The position numbers and the translations under genes were made by a program. From assembly GCF_006345805.1 (NCBI RefSeq), contig NC_043016.1, positions 8,618,001 to 8,682,000 of the forward strand: a stretch of 64,000 nt of DNA. The letters run 5' to 3'. This stretch comes from Octopus sinensis (taxonomy: Eukaryota). Below are positions 63,337 through 64,000 of this stretch, one piece after another (the first letter of the stretch is position 1; each line of letters starts with the position of its first letter). A model generated the notes under the pieces. The model was not told the DNA's origin, ran no database searches, and saw only the letters and a program-made list of their open reading frames with translations.

Positions 63337-63728
63337 GGCGTAGGAGTGGCTGTGTGGTAAGTTGCTTGCTTACGAACCACATGGTTCGGGTTCAGTCCCA
63401 CTGTGCAGCACCTTGGGCAAGTGTCTTCTACTATAGCCTCAGGCCGACCAAAGCCTTGTGAGTGGATTTGGTAGACGGAAACTGAAAGAAGCCCATCATA
63501 TATATGTGTATATATATGTGTGTGTGTGTTTATTTGTGTTTGTCTCCCAAACATTGCTTGACAACCGATGCTGGTGTGTTTATGTCCCCATAACGTAGCG
63601 GTTCGGCAAAAGAGACCGATAGAATAAGTATTAGGCTTACAAAGAGTAAGTCCTGGGGTCGATTTGCTCGACTAAAGGCGGTGCTCCAGGATAGCCATAG
63701 TCACATAACTGAAACAAGTAAAAGAGTA
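63337..63728 (+). mobile_element. SINE-A, full length
   Basis: Near-consensus copy. Confidence 0.9.
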
Positions 63729-64000
63729 GTGCAGCCTGCTTGATGATGAACAGCGTCTTTTGTGGCCCACTTCTTGGGAAAGGTTGCCCATGCTTGTTCT
63801 GGAAGAACGCAAGCATAGTTGTGCTATTATGAAATTTGATTCACAACCAGCTGTTTTGCAAGTTCAGTTGAGTCCTCTTCTGCAACAATTTAAGGAAGTG
63901 TCTTCTACTCTTGCCTCAGATCAACCGATGCTTTATGACTAAAATTGGTAGATGAAAACTGAGATGAAGCCCCTGTGTGTGCATGTATGTGTATGAGAGA

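Noticed and set aside
11515-63728. tRNA-like A/B-box sequences (e.g. gagttcaaattcc, ggttcagtccca, gtttcgattcc)
   Set aside because: These are SINE heads followed by family bodies; they have no cloverleaf and are not tRNA genes.

Overview
Eukaryotic, AT-rich, repeat-dense DNA. The SINE, LINE and microsatellite landscape looks to me like an octopus (coleoid cephalopod) genome; that is recognition, not a database result. The only host coding sequence I can support is one 113-bp minus-strand exon (17807-17919) encoding the canonical EF-hand of STIM, the ER Ca2+ sensor, so most of the window is probably two very large STIM introns. The rest is mobile DNA: two 5'-truncated CR1-clade LINEs, many RTE fragments, an RLE-type LINE remnant, a Tc1/mariner transposase relic, a mariner deletion derivative, piggyBac-like MITEs, two non-autonomous Helitrons and dozens of SINEs. 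My working SINE labels are A, B, C and E; D is used only for the two copies inside the palindrome. There is also a 1.5-kb (GGAA)n tract, two degenerate minisatellites and a 1.37-kb palindrome. The best leads are: (1) SINE-B dimers that recur with the same junction, because the SINE tail copies an internal site; (2) a LINE/SINE 3' hairpin with compensatory substitutions; (3) the (TA)n-bounded inverted duplication, which is either real or a fold-back artefact; (4) a decayed hammerhead-ribozyme motif. I see no CRISPR array, rRNA, true tRNA gene or multi-gene novel system. Most ORF-track entries are artefacts of microsatellites or TE fragments.
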